From the NCBI GenBank assembly GCA_030695025.1, contig JAUYTX010000009.1, positions 28,081 to 92,080 of the forward strand: a DNA stretch of 64,000 nucleotides. The letters are read 5' to 3'. This stretch comes from Bacteroidales bacterium (GTDB taxonomy: Bacteria > Bacteroidota > Bacteroidia > Bacteroidales > UBA932). Below are positions 59,176-64,000 of the stretch, piece after piece. The notes under the pieces are model-generated. The model did not search any database and was not told the origin of the DNA. It saw only the letters and a list, made by a program, of their open reading frames with translations. Position numbers and translations under genes: made by a program. Positions within the stretch are counted from its first letter, which is position 1. Each line of letters opens with the position of its first letter.

Positions 59176-60916
59176 CGTTTAACTCGTTATTTAGTTGTTC
59201 AAGATATTTGTTAAAATCTTCGCTCCTGAATTTTGAATAGTTCATCTGACGCAAAGTGTTAATGATCTTTTTGTAGAAGTTGCCGCACTCCTCGAAGTTG
59301 TCAAAATCGAACTCCCTTTCGCATATATCAAGTACAAGGTAGTACATGTAACTTTGCCTCTCCATAGGACAGTTGGCATCAATTTTATCAAATGCGTCCT
59401 GCTGAAGAATAACAAAGTCAATCAATTCAGATTTCCAGTACCTTTTGTGGTATTCGAGAGGTACTCCGTCATCTCCCAGAATATTTATCTGCTCATATGC
59501 CTCTTTACCTCTAAGTACAATATTCTTGCCTTTAAGTACTTTCTCAACCCATTCCTCTCCGATCCTGTTTTTAAAATCTTCAATAATTTCGGGGTATTCC
59601 AGATATTTTGAATATGAATCAATAGGGTCAACAGCAGGATATCTTTTTCTGTCAGCTCTGCTTTGTGAAAGAGCGAAGAAGCATCTTGCAGCCTTTTTGG
59701 TTGATTCGGTAACCGGCTCTTTCAGATTACCTCCGGCTGGAGATACTGTACCAATAAATGTAACGGAACCTGTTTGTCCATTATTCAGATTTACCAATCC
59801 TGCCCTTGCGTAGAAGCTTGAGATAATTGCCGGAAGGTCCATAGGGAAAGCATCAGCTCCCGGAAGCTCTTCCATTCTGTTACTCATCTCTCTAAGTGCC
59901 TGTGCCCATCTTGATGTCGAGTCTGCAAGCAGGAGAACTTTAAGACCCATTGACCTGTAGTACTCTCCGATTGTCATCGCTGTGTATACCGATGCTTCAC
60001 GGGCAGCAACAGGCATATTTGATGTGTTGCAGATAATGGTTGTTCTCTCCATCAACATCCTTCCTGTTCTTGGGTCCTCTAAAAGAGGGAACTCTGTGAA
60101 GATTTCCACAACCTCGTTTGCCCTTTCACCACAGGCAGCAAATATGATTACATCTGCATCGGCCTGTTTTGATATTGCGTGCTGAAGAACTGTCTTACCG
60201 CTACCGAATGGACCTGGGATAAAACCTGTTCCACCTTCAGCAATAGGATTAAAGGTGTCAATAACCCTTACTCTTGTCTCCATTATTCTGTATGGCCTTG
60301 GTTTGTCGGCATATTTTGTAATAGCCACCTTTACAGGCCATTTTTGGCTCATCGTAACATTTACATCTTCACCTGATTCATTTACAAGAACTGCGATGGT
60401 TTCGTTGACAGTAAATTCACCTTCAGATGCAATGGATTTCACTTTGAAGCTGCCTTCAAATGTGAAGGGAACCATTATTTTGTGCGGAAGCCAACCCTCT
60501 TTCACTTCGCCTAACCAGTCTGCGGCAGATACAACATCGCCGGGTGAAGCCAAAGGTTTAAATTCCCATTTCTTATCCTGATCTAATGCAATGGTATATT
60601 CGCCTCTTTTTAAGAAGACTCCGTCCATTGTTACCAGATTATTCTGAAGTCCGTCATAAATACTTGAAAGGATGCCGGGGCCTAATAATACTTCGAGCAT
60701 ATGTCCTTGAAATTCGGCTTTATCCCCCGTTTTTAACCCGCGGGTACTCTCATAAACCTGTACAAATGCCTCTTTCCCGTTTACTTTGATAACATCTGCC
60801 ATCAGCTTTGTTCCTGATAGATCAATGTAGCAGATTTCATTCTGAGAAACGGGGCCGTCTACCTCAATGGTAACCAGATTGGAGATAATCCCTGTAACTA
60901 TTCCTGTGGTTTTCAT
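59165..60916 (-). CDS. ntpA: V/A-type ATP synthase subunit A
   Basis: Walker A GPFGSGKT, CGERANE, NTSNMPVAAREAS, DSTSRWAQALRE and VSPAGG. Confidence 0.96.
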   Translation of the reverse strand: MKTTGIVTGIISNLVTIEVDGPVSQNEICYIDLSGTKLMADVIKVNGKEAFVQVYESTRGLKTGDKAEFQGHMLEVLLGPGILSSIYDGLQNNLVTMDGVFLKRGEYTIALDQDKKWEFKPLASPGDVVSAADWLGEVKEGWLPHKIMVPFTFEGSFKVKSIASEGEFTVNETIAVLVNESGEDVNVTMSQKWPVKVAITKYADKPRPYRIMETRVRVIDTFNPIAEGGTGFIPGPFGSGKTVLQHAISKQADADVIIFAACGERANEVVEIFTEFPLLEDPRTGRMLMERTTIICNTSNMPVAAREASVYTAMTIGEYYRSMGLKVLLLADSTSRWAQALREMSNRMEELPGADAFPMDLPAIISSFYARAGLVNLNNGQTGSVTFIGTVSPAGGNLKEPVTESTKKAARCFFALSQSRADRKRYPAVDPIDSYSKYLEYPEIIEDFKNRIGEEWVEKVLKGKNIVLRGKEAYEQINILGDDGVPLEYHKRYWKSELIDFVILQQDAFDKIDANCPMERQSYMYYLVLDICEREFDFDNFEECGNFYKKIINTLRQMNYSKFRSEDFNKYLEQLNNELNDGK

Positions 60917-60919
60917 ATA

Positions 60920-61558
60920 TTAATAATTGTTTTCCGATTTGTATGTACCTTTTACCTCGTTAACCAGTTGCCTGAATATCTGTGCTCCTCTCTTTCTGTC
61001 AAGCTTGTTCCACCTTGAAACAATTGATGCTTTAAGTAAAAATGAAAGAATAACGTTAAGGTCGAAGTAGTTAAATGTGCATATTTCATTCGCTTTGTTC
61101 CAGCGAAGATTATCAAGAAGCTGCTCTCTTTCCAGAATATTTTCATTCTCGAGAATCTTAATGATAGCGGGCGCGCCCTCAGATATAAAAGATAGACCAA
61201 AGTCGGCTCCCTTGCCGATTTTGAGCAGGTCGGTAAATTCGTTTTCGCCAACAAGCTGTTCTGAGATATCTATAGAATTTTTTCGCGCAATAAATGCTGC
61301 CTGTATATTTCTGATTTCCAGGTCAAATTTAAGATATTCTCTTATAAATTTGTTCTTGGATTTTAAGGCTGCTCTATAGAAATGGTGGTTAAGGTACTCC
61401 TCTTTCTGCGCAAGGAGAAGCCATTCAATACACCGGGAGTCCTCAGGGGAACTCATGGATACAATCTGATCCTGTAATGAATCAAAGTCGAATCCTGAGC
61501 TCTCGAAGTCTAAAACCAGATCTGGGAGTCCCGCGATGATGTAGTGATAATTTGCCAT
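60920..61558 (-). CDS. DUF2764-like protein (probable V-ATPase subunit C equivalent)
   Basis: YIIAGLPDL and C-terminal YFDLNVIL...RW; sits between subunits E and A. Confidence 0.75.
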   Translation of the reverse strand: MANYHYIIAGLPDLVLDFESSGFDFDSLQDQIVSMSSPEDSRCIEWLLLAQKEEYLNHHFYRAALKSKNKFIREYLKFDLEIRNIQAAFIARKNSIDISEQLVGENEFTDLLKIGKGADFGLSFISEGAPAIIKILENENILEREQLLDNLRWNKANEICTFNYFDLNVILSFLLKASIVSRWNKLDRKRGAQIFRQLVNEVKGTYKSENNY

Positions 61559-61560
61559 CG

Positions 61561-62175
61561 CTATTCTGAAAATAAGTATTCGCGGGTTTTAGGTTTGAGA
61601 TATTGAGATAATAACTCCTGAAAATCTTTATCGGTAAAGCTAATGTGATATCCACCTGCTTTAGGGCCGATTTTAAAGCCAGTCTGAATTTTTTTATCAA
61701 AAGCTACCTCTATTCCTGCCCCGAGTTGTTTTTGAATATCGTTTTTGATGAATGAGTCAAGTTCTGCTTTTGATTTTTCAGGAAGAAGAATCTCCAGAGT
61801 TGCTGCTTCTCCTGTGGAAGGGTCAAAAGCTGCAATTGCAGTTTTAATTACAGAGGCAAGAAAATCCTTACTATCCAGTGCCTCTTTTACTGGTTTTTCT
61901 ACAGCCTTAACAACGATTACCTCTTCGATATTCTGCTTTACGGTTGCAAGAGTTTGCCTGGACACCATCTTGACCTCGTTCTCAATTTTAACTTTGTAAT
62001 CGTTTGCATCTTTCTTTGCTTTCTCGAGAATCTCTTTGTACTCCTCTTTTGCCCTGGCAATTATTTCCTCAGCTTCGGTTTTTGCCTTTGCCTTAAGATC
62101 TTCGGCCTCTTTTTTCCCTTTAGAAAGACCTTCGGCATAAAGTTTACTGGTAAGCTCTTGCAATTTATTTTGCAT
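61561..62175 (-). CDS. ntpE: V/A-type ATP synthase subunit E
   Basis: KLQELTSKLYAEG, helical charged N-half, GFKIGP and ISFTD; TATCTTTG -7 element at 62200-62207 (minus strand). Confidence 0.88.
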   Translation of the reverse strand: MQNKLQELTSKLYAEGLSKGKKEAEDLKAKAKTEAEEIIARAKEEYKEILEKAKKDANDYKVKIENEVKMVSRQTLATVKQNIEEVIVVKAVEKPVKEALDSKDFLASVIKTAIAAFDPSTGEAATLEILLPEKSKAELDSFIKNDIQKQLGAGIEVAFDKKIQTGFKIGPKAGGYHISFTDKDFQELLSQYLKPKTREYLFSE

Positions 62176-62217
62176 ATCTCATAAGGTTTTTAAATTTTTC
62201 AAAGATACGAAAAATAA

Positions 62218-62249
62218 AAAAAAAGCACCCTATGAGGGGTGCTTTTTTT
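62218..62249. terminator. terminator after the decarboxylase beta subunit
   Basis: A7-GCACCC-TATGAG-GGGTGC-T7. Confidence 0.82.
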
Positions 62250-62266
62250 GCATAATATTATAATAT

Positions 62267-63427
62267 TTATGAAAGAAAACCCAGCAAAATACCTGCTGCA
62301 ACAGCACTTCCAATTACGCCGGCAACATTTGGACCCATTGCATGCATCAGAAGGTAGTTAGTTCTATCATATTCCAGACCAACATTGTTTGAGACCCTCG
62401 CAGAGTCAGGCACTGCAGAGACTCCGGAATTTCCTATTAGCGGATTGATTTTGTTCCCCTCTTTAAGAAACATGTTGAATGCCTTAACAAACAGAACACC
62501 GGCAGATGTAGCAATTACGAAAGAGCCTGCACCTAGCATGAAAATGTACACCGATTTCATCTGTAAAAATTTGTCAGCCTGAGTTGAACAACCAACAGTT
62601 ACACCAATTAGTATAGTAACAATATCAATCAGTGGTCCTCTTGCTGTCTCAGCTAATCTTCTGGTTACTCCGCTCTCTTTAAGAAGGTTTCCAAAAAACA
62701 ACATACCTAATAATGGAAGACCCGAAGGCACAATGAAGGCTGTGAGCAGAAATCCGATAATCGGGAACAGTTTCTTTTCTGTTTGAGAAACTGCACGTGG
62801 GGCCTTCATTCTTATAAGCCTCTCTTGCTTGGTTGTTAACAGCCTCATAATAGGAGGTTGTATTACCGGAACCAGAGCCATATAAGAATATGCTGAGACG
62901 GCAATTGCCCCCATTAAGTCCGGTGCCAATCTTGAGGATAGGAAGATAGCTGTAGGGCCGTCTGCTCCTCCGATTATTCCTATTGCTCCCGCTTCTGCAG
63001 GGGCAAAACCGGCAGCAAGAGCTATTCCATATGCTCCAAAAATACCAAATTGAGCTGCTGCCCCAATCAACATCAGTTTAGGGTTAGAAATAAGGGCAGA
63101 GAAGTCGGTCATTGCGCCGATTCCGAGAAAAATCAGTGGCGGATAAAAACCTTTTTGCACGCCCTGGTATAGAATATTCAACACAGAACCCTCTTCATAA
63201 ACACCAACACTAAGACCTGGGAATAATGGAATGTTACCTATTATAATACCAAAACCAATAGGTATAAGAAGCAATGGTTCCCAATCCTTTTTGATTGCCA
63301 GATATATAAACAGAAGTCCAATGAGGATCATCAGGATATGCCCGGGAGTGGCGTTGGCAAACCCGGTATATTGAAGAAATGTCTCCAGATTGTCTGTCAG
63401 CAGGGAAAAAACACCTTTATTTTCCAT
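62267..63427 (-). CDS. oadB: Na+-translocating carboxybiotin decarboxylase beta subunit (OadB/MmdB/GcdB family)
   Basis: PLLLIPIGFG, GIGAMTDF, IGIIGGADGPT, YSYMALVP, GVSAVP and HAMGPNVAGVIGS; the ATG at 63427 is preferred. Confidence 0.93.
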   Translation of the reverse strand: MENKGVFSLLTDNLETFLQYTGFANATPGHILMILIGLLFIYLAIKKDWEPLLLIPIGFGIIIGNIPLFPGLSVGVYEEGSVLNILYQGVQKGFYPPLIFLGIGAMTDFSALISNPKLMLIGAAAQFGIFGAYGIALAAGFAPAEAGAIGIIGGADGPTAIFLSSRLAPDLMGAIAVSAYSYMALVPVIQPPIMRLLTTKQERLIRMKAPRAVSQTEKKLFPIIGFLLTAFIVPSGLPLLGMLFFGNLLKESGVTRRLAETARGPLIDIVTILIGVTVGCSTQADKFLQMKSVYIFMLGAGSFVIATSAGVLFVKAFNMFLKEGNKINPLIGNSGVSAVPDSARVSNNVGLEYDRTNYLLMHAMGPNVAGVIGSAVAAGILLGFLS

Positions 63428-63428
63428 C

Positions 63429-63851
63429 TTAACCAATTATTATTAGCGGAGCTCCCTCTAGCACAGAATCTCCTTTGTTTGCCTTAATGCTGATTACTTT
63501 GCCATCTGCTGTAGATTCAATTACATTCTCCATTTTCATAGCTTCAAGAACCATAAGCTTCTGACCTTTCTTTACAGCTTCTCCCTCTTTTACAACAACT
63601 TCCAGGATTACGCCCGGGAGGGGAGAGGATACAATTGTTTCCGTTCCGGAAACGACAGGACGAGTCACATTCGCCTCAACCTGAGCAGGTTTATTCATTT
63701 TTGGAAGAGATGCCGTTGGTTTTTTAGAAGTTCTTTCAATTTCAACCTTAAAAGGAATTCCATTTACCTCAACTTCGGCAATTGTATCTTCAATATCGGT
63801 AATTGTTACTGCGTAATCGTTACCGTTTATTTTTAGTTTGTACTCTTTCAT
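63429..63851 (-). CDS. biotin carboxyl carrier protein of the decarboxylase
   Basis: SPLPG and the biotinylation motif EAMKMEN. Confidence 0.92.
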   Translation of the reverse strand: MKEYKLKINGNDYAVTITDIEDTIAEVEVNGIPFKVEIERTSKKPTASLPKMNKPAQVEANVTRPVVSGTETIVSSPLPGVILEVVVKEGEAVKKGQKLMVLEAMKMENVIESTADGKVISIKANKGDSVLEGAPLIIIG

Positions 63852-63880
63852 TTTAATATGTTTTCTGAATGGACTTAAGA

Positions 63881-64000
63881 TTATCTACTTTTATATGGCC
63901 TCTCTCGCAGAGTGTAAATTTTTGAACTCCATGGAGAGTAGTTTCTTGTAACCTTCTGGATTGTCAGAATGGTGTTTTCAACATCGTGAGCGTCATTATC
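63881..64000 (-). CDS. C-terminus of an OadG-family (gamma/delta) decarboxylase subunit, truncated by the window edge; not in the ORF track
   Basis: Manual translation DNDAHDVENTILTIQKVTRNYSPWSSKIYTLRERPYKSR*; the HDxE...SPWSSKIY tail is typical of Bacteroidota OadG-like proteins. Confidence 0.8.
   Translation of the reverse strand, partial: DNDAHDVENTILTIQKVTRNYSPWSSKIYTLRERPYKSR

Overview
A gene-dense chromosomal window from a Bacteroidota bacterium, order Bacteroidales. The assignment rests on repeated TAnnTTTG -7 promoter elements, A-rich start regions with no obvious Shine-Dalgarno, SusC/SusD and Bacteroidota-type gene orders. The futalosine gene mqnA hints at a Rikenellaceae-like lineage (inference). 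Content is mostly housekeeping: coaE, rimO, fabG, recR, rpsA, rnz, mnmA, folB, mtaB, tsaD, tamB, slyD, rpmE2 and glmM. RNAs are RNase P RNA, small SRP RNA, tRNA-Gly(CCC) and a TPP riboswitch ahead of a TonB-receptor/PnuC thiamine uptake pair. The window also holds peptidoglycan-sugar salvage genes, an orphan SusC/SusD pair, tldD/pmbA divergent from a WYL regulator, a V/A-type ATPase operon with a Na+-binding signature, and part of a Na+-pumping decarboxylase operon. I saw no CRISPR array, integrase, transposase or prophage gene. The most accessory-looking stretch is about 46.5-51.1 kb: a WYL gene, tRNA-Gly, a secreted M14 peptidase, a zeta-toxin-like ATPase with a 51-aa partner missed by the ORF track, a TIGR02757-type gene and a 164-nt highly structured intergenic element. 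Other notable points are an RNase P RNA apparently lacking helix P18 and a tamB gene that seems to need a non-canonical (ATT/ATC) start. All family calls are from motif recognition by eye; no database searches were run.
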